From IMG/VR virus record IMGVR_UViG_3300042473_001540, positions 186,001 to 250,000 of that record: a stretch of 64,000 nucleotides of DNA; one strand, 5' to 3'. Of the stretch, positions 55,047 to 63,333 are shown piece after piece. A program made the position numbers and the translations under genes. The notes under the pieces are model-generated. The model was not told where the DNA came from and ran no database searches. It worked only from the letters and a program-made list of their open reading frames with translations. How positions within the stretch are numbered: the stretch's first letter is position 1; every line of letters begins with the position of its first letter.

Positions 55047-58000
55047 TTCAATCTCAATTCAGTTTGATTTAGGCTGGGAACAATTAAAATGTCAGTGACC
55101 CTGGCACTGCTGATGAAAATTTCATCAGGTTGACATTTTATTTCAAATAAATCACCAAAACTACTGTTTTGGTTTTGTGGAACAATCACTAAGGAATTCA
55201 AGATAGCCGGATTTTGTTGGTGAATGTATGCCGCAAGCTCAGTGAAAAAGAAGCTTTGACCAAAATCCCAGTTAGCGATACTGAAATAGTTGTCAATGTC
55301 TCGAATAATCCGGGCTTTTATTTCACTGTCTGTAATGCTTACACCAGAGTTCTTAACTACCTTAAATGATACTCGCAGTTCAGGATCAGCACTTTGTCCA
55401 AACAACAGCTTGTATTTGACTGGATGCCAAATCAATTGATCAGTCATCATTTTGTATGTGTCAAATTCAGCGAAAGTAATACGCAAGTCTTCAGGTGCTG
55501 GTGGCTGAGGCATAGGGTCTGTGGTTTTGCCTCTGGCAATCCAATTGCGCATAGCTGTATCATAGCTGCTGGTCAAAACATATGTGTCGATTATGTTCAT
55601 GATTGCAGGGTCAACTCTTTTGCCTTTGTCTATAAAGTGTTGCCAACAATAATTGAGATCATTACGGCCCACTGCGGCTTTGTATGACGGTGTTACGTCA
55701 ATTAAGCTGTTGTTACTAAATTGGTATTTGAAGAACAGCTTTTGATCTCTAACATACGCTACCTCGCCATCGTTCCAACTCAGTGGGTTTGGTGGGTATT
55801 TGGTGCTCATGGAAATGAGATCGGTGAATATCTTATCAACAGTTGTGGGGGTCAAATAATCAAAACCATTTATTACTGTTGTTTTCCAAAAAACATAGGG
55901 AAAACTGCTGCCAGTTATTAGGCCTGTATCAAGGTCAATTTGTTGTTCTCGATCAGGGTCTACAATCACTTTGAATTCATCAGGATTGTCAACAATGCCA
56001 TCAAAATTAGAGTCTTGAAACCTTACTTGCACTCTGCGGGGCTCAATATAGCCATCTGGATACAATTGCTGTGATGCAATAGGCCAAAACCAGTCTTGAG
56101 AAAAGCTGAGATTGGTAGCTAAGTTGGTATTGACACGCAATATTTTAACAAAATCCTGGTTGGCTAACCCTGTATTACTACTGATTACAGGTGAGGTGTT
56201 GATTGTATAAAACCTTACATCATTTACACTTTCAAAAACATATTTCAGGCCACGACTGGTGATGTACCAGCCAAAGCCAGGCACATACTTCAATTGAATA
56301 AGCCAACTGGCATCTAAATTTTGATTAGCTGTGTTGCCTTGCTGTGCAAGAGAGAAGTCTGCGTCAACAGCCAAATTACTGGTGGAAATAATTTGCCACA
56401 TGCCAGTTAGTTGGATATAACTGATGCCGAAGGAAAGTTTTTCATCCAAGGCATTTTTGACTGCGTCTTTTTCAGCACTCAAGAGCACGTCTTTGAAACT
56501 GGGTATTACACTGCTTAGCATCGTTCCATTGGGCACAAAGCTACTGATAATTGCATTACCAGCACTGCTGACACTGTTGCCTTCGTCCACGAGATAGCTG
56601 CTGGTTCCGTTGGCAAAAAACAAATAGCTGCCTTTCCGGATCCCATATGTTGTATCTGGTAATGCCAAAACAAAGTCAACTGTTTGAGTATAAAAGTGAG
56701 CATTGGGAAATACAGTGTTACTGGGGTTTTGGTTTGTCCATTGAATATTGCCACCACCGCGTTTTGGATATTTGGCTAGATAAAAGTCCCGCATATCGGT
56801 GTTGATTTTTCGTGAATCAACACTGCCTTGAATCAAGGGTTGAATGTAGGTGTCAAGGATTTGTGTGTTGTTGACATTTAAACTGTTGGGCACTTCAATG
56901 TAGGTTTCATGTTCTTCTTCAAACAAGATTCCATCGTCTGAAAACACTTTTGAATTTTGATAAGTGCTAGTGGGATCATTTATATCAATGTAACGACTTT
57001 GGCCACTGTAAACACGGTTTACACTCTTGATCTTCAATGCTTGACTGCTGATCAAAGGGTAGACGTTGTAATCCTCTCCATTGACCATTCTGTTTTGGGA
57101 ATAAAACACTGCTGGAGCACGTTCGCGTATAAATGCATTGCTTTCCCTGCTCAGGCTGTTGGCTACACTGCTTTGTAAATCAAATTGCATTTGCAGCAGA
57201 TTTTGCGATGTACCATCGTTATCGCGATAATAACTCAGGCTCAAAGGAACACTGGATATATCTTGTGGTAAGATAGTATAGGTTAAATTGTTACTGGTCC
57301 GGAAGTAGACCCGTATCCGGCCAACTGGTATGTTACCAAAATTACCGTCACTAAATTTGATACTGATACTGTCTGTGCCACTTATGTCGCGTGTAATAAC
57401 TTGAAAAATATCTCTAGTAGATCGATTCAAGGAATTGTAAGCTATATTTGTGCCAAACAAGGCAGGTACTTTGGTCCATTCAACCAGTGTATTGCCCTGG
57501 TCATCAACTGTTTCAACCCACACATCACTTTCATTTACATTTAAGGCTGTTAAATCAAGAACACGATTACTCAAAGGCTCTGACAGAACAAAATCTGTAA
57601 ATGATAGGGTTCCTTGTTTGAACAAGCCAAAAAATCCTGTATCAGGACTGGCATTGCCATTGCCATCGTTGCGATACAATACGCTCCAAGGCTGTATATA
57701 ATTGGGAGTCTTTTCCCTATAATACCCAGCTGATCCCACAGTGATGCTACCACTTACACTGTTGACAAAATCAGTATTGACAAACTCAAAATTCATTTGT
57801 TGTCCGTTCACCACTCCGGTGAAGGGAAATGCAAGAGTGCGGGTCACTGTATTATCTAGGTCATATCGCTCAACAGTGAGTCCGTTAACTGCCCCGCTTT
57901 TTACAGGCTGACCAAAAGGATTGACCTTGCTGAAGCTGGCATTTAAGACCAAGATAAATTGTTCAAACCAATCAGGGTTGTTTGCATCATTCCAAATAAC

Positions 58001-58423
58001 AGGCACATTGGCTAGATTGAAACCATTGGAGTCATAGATATTTTGATCAGTGATTACTTGAGTTAACTTAACCAAACCCTGTGCAGCAATACAGCGTCGT
58101 GGGTTGTAGGAAATCAGCCTGGCAAGGCGAAAAATACTGTCACGTCGGGTAGCAGTATCGATGAAATTTTCCCGAATATTCAGATCCAAACGGAATGCCA
58201 AACTGGATGCCAAATAAGCCAAAAGTTCAATTATTGCGACAAATTCGCTGCTTTCAATCCAGTCGTTGAAATCTTCTGGATAATTCAAGCGGATGTAATC
58301 AATCAAAGCTTGGCGGATAGTATCATAGTCATAGGCATTAAAATTTACCTGACTCATGGCTTGATACAGCACACGCCAATCTTGTCCAAGGAATAAATTA
58401 TTTTGTCGGAGGCTTTGACTCAT
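55043..58423 (-). CDS. Baseplate wedge subunit (T4 gp6-like)
   Basis: YDYDTIRQALIDYIRLNYPEDFNDWIESSEF...ENFIDTATRRDSI...LSRESNAFIRERAP..YSQNRMVNGEDY. Confidence 0.88.
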   Translation of the reverse strand: MSQSLRQNNLFLGQDWRVLYQAMSQVNFNAYDYDTIRQALIDYIRLNYPEDFNDWIESSEFVAIIELLAYLASSLAFRLDLNIRENFIDTATRRDSIFRLARLISYNPRRCIAAQGLVKLTQVITDQNIYDSNGFNLANVPVIWNDANNPDWFEQFILVLNASFSKVNPFGQPVKSGAVNGLTVERYDLDNTVTRTLAFPFTGVVNGQQMNFEFVNTDFVNSVSGSITVGSAGYYREKTPNYIQPWSVLYRNDGNGNASPDTGFFGLFKQGTLSFTDFVLSEPLSNRVLDLTALNVNESDVWVETVDDQGNTLVEWTKVPALFGTNIAYNSLNRSTRDIFQVITRDISGTDSISIKFSDGNFGNIPVGRIRVYFRTSNNLTYTILPQDISSVPLSLSYYRDNDGTSQNLLQMQFDLQSSVANSLSRESNAFIRERAPAVFYSQNRMVNGEDYNVYPLISSQALKIKSVNRVYSGQSRYIDINDPTSTYQNSKVFSDDGILFEEEHETYIEVPNSLNVNNTQILDTYIQPLIQGSVDSRKINTDMRDFYLAKYPKRGGGNIQWTNQNPSNTVFPNAHFYTQTVDFVLALPDTTYGIRKGSYLFFANGTSSYLVDEGNSVSSAGNAIISSFVPNGTMLSSVIPSFKDVLLSAEKDAVKNALDEKLSFGISYIQLTGMWQIISTSNLAVDADFSLAQQGNTANQNLDASWLIQLKYVPGFGWYITSRGLKYVFESVNDVRFYTINTSPVISSNTGLANQDFVKILRVNTNLATNLSFSQDWFWPIASQQLYPDGYIEPRRVQVRFQDSNFDGIVDNPDEFKVIVDPDREQQIDLDTGLITGSSFPYVFWKTTVINGFDYLTPTTVDKIFTDLISMSTKYPPNPLSWNDGEVAYVRDQKLFFKYQFSNNSLIDVTPSYKAAVGRNDLNYCWQHFIDKGKRVDPAIMNIIDTYVLTSSYDTAMRNWIARGKTTDPMPQPPAPEDLRITFAEFDTYKMMTDQLIWHPVKYKLLFGQSADPELRVSFKVVKNSGVSITDSEIKARIIRDIDNYFSIANWDFGQSFFFTELAAYIHQQNPAILNSLVIVPQNQNSSFGDLFEIKCQPDEIFISSARVTDILIVPSLNQTELRLK

Positions 58424-58491
58424 TCGATATGTGCCCTGTTTTATCTACTTGCGTATTTAAGCGAGTTTTAACCACACATATAACTTAAGAT

Positions 58492-58887
58492 TTAGATAAT
58501 AGTGGTTTCAACATTTCTGCGATCAAAATCAATTTGGAAAACTTCCACAATATCCAACGGTTGGTAGTAGAGATCCATCTGGAGTTGCAGGCCATTGTCA
58601 TATTCAGTAAGTTTGATATCTCGTATTTGAACTCGACCATCAGCTGCCACTATTTGATAGCAGTCGTCAATAATCATCTGCAGGTTGTCAGCCACCATGG
58701 GTTCAAATAACATGTCCCAAATTATTGATCCAAAGTCTGGGCGCATGACTCTTTCGCGTTTCCTTGTATAAAACGCATTAACCAAATCTCTCTTGATAAG
58801 ATCAAGATCAGTGTATTGTGTTTGTTTGATACTGGTGTCCACTGAACTATAACCAATGAACAATCGGGTGCGGGGTGCTACTGCCAT
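58492..58887 (-). CDS. Baseplate protein gp25-like
   Basis: TDLDLIKRDLVNAFYTRKRERVMRPDFGSIIWDMLFEP; TAAATA at 58899-58894. Confidence 0.88.
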   Translation of the reverse strand: MAVAPRTRLFIGYSSVDTSIKQTQYTDLDLIKRDLVNAFYTRKRERVMRPDFGSIIWDMLFEPMVADNLQMIIDDCYQIVAADGRVQIRDIKLTEYDNGLQLQMDLYYQPLDIVEVFQIDFDRRNVETTII

Positions 58888-58940
58888 AATACTTATTTAG
58901 AGAAGATTTGACACTCTAAAATCTTGCCACAAAATAAGTG

Positions 58941-59444
58941 ATGAATAAAAAACATTTGAGTTTTGATGATATTACTGTTCTTACCTACAGTCTTTGCGAT
59001 AATATAGAGGCGTCAGGTTGGCAGCCCTCGATTGTTGTTGGCATTACTAGGGGTGGCCTCCTTACAGCCAAAATGTTGAGTCATTATTGGAAAGTGCCTA
59101 TGTGCACAATTGATGTGAGCTTGCGGGACTATACCTTATGGAGCGAAGATTTCAATACCAATTTGGTAATTGAGGCATTCAATGGTCACAATCTTCTTGT
59201 GGTTGATGATATAAACGACAGTGGTGCAACAGGGATCAAGATCAAAAACACTTGGACCACTGTAGTGAACAGTTTGCCAGAACATCAATCATTATGGCCC
59301 AAAAACAATATCAAATTTGGCGTGCTGTTGGAAAATGAAGTCAGCTCTCACCAAAGTGACTTTTGGGGCTCAAAAATCAACAAGGAACAAGATCCCATTT
59401 GGTATGTTTTTCCTTGGGAGATCCAACGGGGCAAGGGTGATTGA
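58941..59444 (+). CDS. Type I phosphoribosyltransferase
   Basis: GITRGG; PRPP loop LVVDDINDSGAT; WYVFPWE. Confidence 0.88.
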   Translation: MNKKHLSFDDITVLTYSLCDNIEASGWQPSIVVGITRGGLLTAKMLSHYWKVPMCTIDVSLRDYTLWSEDFNTNLVIEAFNGHNLLVVDDINDSGATGIKIKNTWTTVVNSLPEHQSLWPKNNIKFGVLLENEVSSHQSDFWGSKINKEQDPIWYVFPWEIQRGKGD

Positions 59445-59640
59445 AAAAACACACAATCTATTGTTTCCTTGGAGCGTGAGAATGAACTTTGATGTGGTGG
59501 ATTGGACACCTATGGACCATTGGTGTGTAGAGCATTTTGGCAATGAAGGTGTGTTGTGGAGCATTGGTTGGGAGAATGGCACGTGGGATTTTCAAAAATT
59601 TGAGGATGCAATGATGATGTGGCTGACATGGGTGAGATAA
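59437..59640 (+). CDS. LTW-family protein
   Basis: Ends WDFQKFEDAMMMWLTWVR. Confidence 0.75.
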   Translation: MIEKTHNLLFPWSVRMNFDVVDWTPMDHWCVEHFGNEGVLWSIGWENGTWDFQKFEDAMMMWLTWVR

Positions 59641-59954
59641 TTGAAGATTGGAGCGTTTCTGCAGATCTCTGCTGTCCGCTAAGCTTGGATCGTGATAGAT
59701 TGGATTGTGAACTGGCTTTGTTGAAGTATCGCACAACCCAAGAAGTTCAAGACAATCTCATACTTATCTATCTCAATATGCCAAGTTTGGGTTATCCCAT
59801 TGGCCAATTGGAGTTGGTTAAAGAGTGGCGCACTATTCTCTGTGAAGAGCTTGTGAAACGGAAACCCATTCATTGGCGTCATTTCTTGAAAAGCCGTATG
59901 GACAAAAACGCTGCTGAGAAAACATCAGTTGACGAGCCCAGCCCTTCAGCGTAA
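59628..59954 (+). CDS. Hypothetical protein
   Basis: Fits the operon. Confidence 0.55.
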   Translation: MGEIIEDWSVSADLCCPLSLDRDRLDCELALLKYRTTQEVQDNLILIYLNMPSLGYPIGQLELVKEWRTILCEELVKRKPIHWRHFLKSRMDKNAAEKTSVDEPSPSA

Positions 59955-59982
59955 GTTATCAAGGGACACGGAAGGAATGATT

Positions 59983-60435
59983 ATGACCAAAGGTGAGCTG
60001 CTAGGCAAGTGTTTGGTTTTTGCCACCAACGCACATGCTGGTCAGTTTGACAAGGGAGGTGCTCCATATTTGCTCCACGTCCTAAAGGTTATGCACTATT
60101 TGCGCACCGAGGACGAAGAGCTGCAATGCATTAGTTTGCTCCACGACGTGTGTGAAGATACTGATGCCACCTACGCTGATCTCAGAGATATTGGCTGCAC
60201 CGAGCGTGTGATTGCGGGCGTGAGGGCACTGACCAAAGTGCCGGGTGAAACACTCGACGAATACAAGGCTCGAGTTTTCGCCAACCCCGATGCCATGCGT
60301 GTGAAAAAGTGCGACCTGCGTCACAACTCGGATATCCGGCGCTTGAAAGGTGTCACAGAGAAGGACATTCGGCGCATGGCTCGCTACCATGAGTTTTACC
60401 TGGAGATTTGCGAGCGACTCAAGCTAGCTGATTGA
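59983..60435 (+). CDS. Stand-alone HD-domain hydrolase (SpoT/Mesh1-like)
   Basis: AHAGQFDKGGAPYLLH...LLHDVCEDT...VKKCDLRHN. Confidence 0.82.
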   Translation: MTKGELLGKCLVFATNAHAGQFDKGGAPYLLHVLKVMHYLRTEDEELQCISLLHDVCEDTDATYADLRDIGCTERVIAGVRALTKVPGETLDEYKARVFANPDAMRVKKCDLRHNSDIRRLKGVTEKDIRRMARYHEFYLEICERLKLAD

Positions 60436-60459
60436 CAATCCAATCAATACTGCTATAGT
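60432..60459 (+). promoter_or_regulatory. Early promoter whose -35 box contains the upstream stop codon
   Basis: TTGACA-N16-TATAGT with TGC. Confidence 0.78.
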
Positions 60460-60480
60460 GCTGGGGAAAGGAACACGCTG

Positions 60481-61068
60481 ATGATCACCATTGTGAAAAA
60501 GTCCACACAAAATCGTCGAGCACTCTTGGGCCAAACTGGTAAACAGTTTGTGAGAATGTCGGGCGATGCCGTGCGCTCCATTGTGGAGAAAAATACTTTT
60601 GATCCCACTTTGGCTTTTTGGGTTCATTGGTACAATCAAGCACCTGCCCTTGATTTCGATGCAACTGCGCTCACACCAAAGCAATGCCAAGATTTGATTG
60701 AGCTTGTGACGTTGCAGACCAAAAAAGATCTTGAAAATATTCTCAAGTATCTTGATGAGATCAGGCTAGATCAAGAATATTGGCGCACCGTGTCAGAAAA
60801 GCTGAGCCAAGGGCTTGAACCACCCAACGCCCCATATTTCTTTTGGGACCCGCCTGTCGGCATCCCAGACTTCTCCCGGTGGACGCAAGCTGATGCGCCA
60901 AATCAAGAGTGGCTGGAACATGTAGACAATCGCCTCAAGAGACTGAAGGTAGTTGAGCGCGACTACCGCAAGTCAGCCAGGCTCCACCAGGATCGCTTGA
61001 ACGACACATACATTTGGGCAGATGTGCAGACCGAAACTGTGCGCACCACTGTCATCACTCCAGTTTGA
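60481..61068 (+). CDS. Hypothetical protein
   Basis: AAGGA RBS, 195 aa. Confidence 0.7.
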   Translation: MITIVKKSTQNRRALLGQTGKQFVRMSGDAVRSIVEKNTFDPTLAFWVHWYNQAPALDFDATALTPKQCQDLIELVTLQTKKDLENILKYLDEIRLDQEYWRTVSEKLSQGLEPPNAPYFFWDPPVGIPDFSRWTQADAPNQEWLEHVDNRLKRLKVVERDYRKSARLHQDRLNDTYIWADVQTETVRTTVITPV

Positions 61069-61075
61069 GGGTCAC

Positions 61076-61894
61076 ATGAGCAAGGACAGTCTTGGCGACA
61101 GGATGAAGCTGCTGGAACAGCAGGAAACTGATCGACGCTTCCTGTTCAGCTTGCCCATCTATGCGCGTATTGACGGACGGGGCTTCAGCAAGTTCACCAA
61201 GGACATGGAGCGACCTTACGACACTGGCATGACCACTAGCATGATCGAAACCACTCGAACCTTGGTGGAGAAAACCCAAGCTACTCTCGGGTATGTTCAA
61301 AGTGACGAGATCAGCTTGGTGTGGGTGCCCACAGGCAATGGCCATGGTTGGTTTGATGGCAAGATAACCAAGATGACCAGTGTGCTGGCTGGCCTGGCCA
61401 CAGCAGCATTCATTGAGAATGTTATTCAGTATTTTCCCAACTGGCAGCAGCTGGTGCTCCGCCTGCCGCACTTTGATGCAAGAGTCATCAGCATGCCCAG
61501 TTTGAGTGAGACGGCGAACATGTTACTTTGGCGCAATCTTGATTGTGCCAAAAATTCCGTGAGCATGGCTGCCCATCACTATCGCAGCCACAAAGAGCTG
61601 CAAGGCCTAGATCAAAAACAGCAACAGGAACTCATTTGGCAAAGTGGCGTCAACTGGAGCTCATATCCCGCAGCATTCAAGCGAGGAACTTGGGTACGTC
61701 GACGTGTAGTGCAACGCACGTTGAATGACTCTGAGCTGGGGTTGATTCCGGAAAACTACAGGCCAGATCCCGGCACACTGTTTGCCCGGAGCGAGGTGCA
61801 AAGCTATGATCTGCCTCCTCTCAATCGAGTCACAAACCGAGTGGCTGTGCTGTTTGAAGACGCACCGCCTGAATACAAAACAGATAACCCTTGA
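61076..61894 (+). CDS. tRNA(His) guanylyltransferase Thg1-like protein
   Basis: ARIDGRGFSKFT...PYD...YVQSDEISL...FDARV...W-R-x-x-D-x-x-x-NS-x-S-M. Confidence 0.92.
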   Translation: MSKDSLGDRMKLLEQQETDRRFLFSLPIYARIDGRGFSKFTKDMERPYDTGMTTSMIETTRTLVEKTQATLGYVQSDEISLVWVPTGNGHGWFDGKITKMTSVLAGLATAAFIENVIQYFPNWQQLVLRLPHFDARVISMPSLSETANMLLWRNLDCAKNSVSMAAHHYRSHKELQGLDQKQQQELIWQSGVNWSSYPAAFKRGTWVRRRVVQRTLNDSELGLIPENYRPDPGTLFARSEVQSYDLPPLNRVTNRVAVLFEDAPPEYKTDNP

Positions 61895-61918
61895 CATACT
61901 CTCTGCCACTGCTATAAT
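61891..61918 (+). promoter_or_regulatory. Early promoter whose -35 box contains the upstream stop codon
   Basis: TTGACA-N16-TATAAT with TGC. Confidence 0.85.
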
Positions 61919-61943
61919 CCGCGCATACAAAGGAGACAGGTTG

Positions 61944-62888
61944 ATGGGCAGCTGGAACGAAACTTGTGGGATCACACGCTTGCCCATCCATTCAGGCGAT
62001 CCTGTGGTGCTGATCATGTTGAGCCAGGTCACTGACTCTGGTGGTGCTGATGGCGCTTGCTATGCCAGCCACTACTGGAAGCCCTATGCGCTCCCGCTAC
62101 GTGCAGTCTACAACGACTACGGTGGTATTGAAGATGTGGGCACAGAGTGGAATCAACGCTGGATCCTGGGCAAAACTCGCGAAAGCATGGAGAGCATGCC
62201 AGAGGGAGAAAATCCCTACCACGAGCCCGCTGTGGATCCACTACAGCTTGACAGCATGGAAACCCTCATGGAGTGGATTCGATCTGATCGGGTGTGGGTG
62301 AGAGGTGCTCGCAATCCCCGGGGCGGTGGGCATCTCCTGGGCTGGACCATGTGCCACGCTTGGGCATGGGACCATCTAGCCCAGCAGAGTGAACACTGGA
62401 ATGGCGATGTGACCACACTGGAGATGAACTACAAGCGGGGTCAGGAACGCTACCGCAGCCTCTTCAAGCTGGCACAGGATCACCCGGATGGTATGAACTT
62501 TGAGATGGCTTATTGGCGCTGGCGGGACACCCACTCCCTACGGGATCACTGGGCTGCCTTGCTAACTGGAGGCAGCAGCTTTGAAAGCTATGGTGGTGCC
62601 ACAACTGGCATCCGCTCTTACGCTGATCTCATGCGGCTGTGGGCAGTGGCAGGACGTGACGTCGATCATCCCGAAGTTGACGACTTTCTCCGGGAGATGA
62701 GTGCCTTTCTGTTGGTATCAGACAACATGTGTGGACTGCGCATGACATGGCACCCGCAAACTGGCAAGGGCAGTCAGTGCGCCGAATACCCTCTCTACAA
62801 AAGTTTTTTTCTTCGCTGCCAGCAGCATGTGGACCTGATGCTGAACGGTGGCGACGATGATGACTGCGACACTGATGACACTCTATAA
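61944..62888 (+). CDS. Hypothetical protein
   Basis: MGSWNETCGITRLPI...; AAGGAG RBS. Confidence 0.75.
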   Translation: MGSWNETCGITRLPIHSGDPVVLIMLSQVTDSGGADGACYASHYWKPYALPLRAVYNDYGGIEDVGTEWNQRWILGKTRESMESMPEGENPYHEPAVDPLQLDSMETLMEWIRSDRVWVRGARNPRGGGHLLGWTMCHAWAWDHLAQQSEHWNGDVTTLEMNYKRGQERYRSLFKLAQDHPDGMNFEMAYWRWRDTHSLRDHWAALLTGGSSFESYGGATTGIRSYADLMRLWAVAGRDVDHPEVDDFLREMSAFLLVSDNMCGLRMTWHPQTGKGSQCAEYPLYKSFFLRCQQHVDLMLNGGDDDDCDTDDTL

Positions 62889-62912
62889 CCTCAAAAACAA
62901 GGAAACCGTGCT

Positions 62913-63329
62913 GTGAACAACCTCAGCCTTCTCATCTACCTTGCTGGCGTAACAGGCAGTATTGGTAGCTTTCTGGTATTTGTTGCTGTTCTGTTTGGAT
63001 TTGGAATAGCAGTCTGCGGTGTCGTTTGGGTCGTAAGTCTTGACGCTACCAATTTCCGCACTGTGGAATATGCCAATCACGTCAAAATCCACAGCTGGCG
63101 CTGGCTTTGGGCGTTTTTGGTGCTGATGATTTTTGTTGGTAGTGTGTCAGCACTGGTGCCCAGCCGACAGACAGTGCTGCTGATTGCTGGCAGTGAGATG
63201 GGCGAGCGAGTGCTCAATCACCCACGCTTCAACCAAGTTGTGGATCCTGGACTAGAGCTGGTGACAACCTGGATGCAAAAAGAAACGGCTGAGATCCGCC
63301 GGAGCATGGATCCTACCAAAAAGCAGTAA
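62913..63329 (+). CDS. Membrane protein
   Basis: Hydrophobic segments; LVPSRQTVLLIAGSE. Confidence 0.75.
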   Translation: MNNLSLLIYLAGVTGSIGSFLVFVAVLFGFGIAVCGVVWVVSLDATNFRTVEYANHVKIHSWRWLWAFLVLMIFVGSVSALVPSRQTVLLIAGSEMGERVLNHPRFNQVVDPGLELVTTWMQKETAEIRRSMDPTKKQ

Positions 63330-63333
63330 TAGG

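Noticed and set aside
43282-57701. Many short plus-strand ORFs opposite the structural genes
   Set aside because: Antisense shadows with no RBS or motifs, fully nested in long minus-strand genes.
42993-58423. Alternative genetic code (stop reassignment), as in some jumbo phages
   Set aside because: Very long genes are intact in code 11, and TAG, TGA and TAA all end genes at sensible positions.
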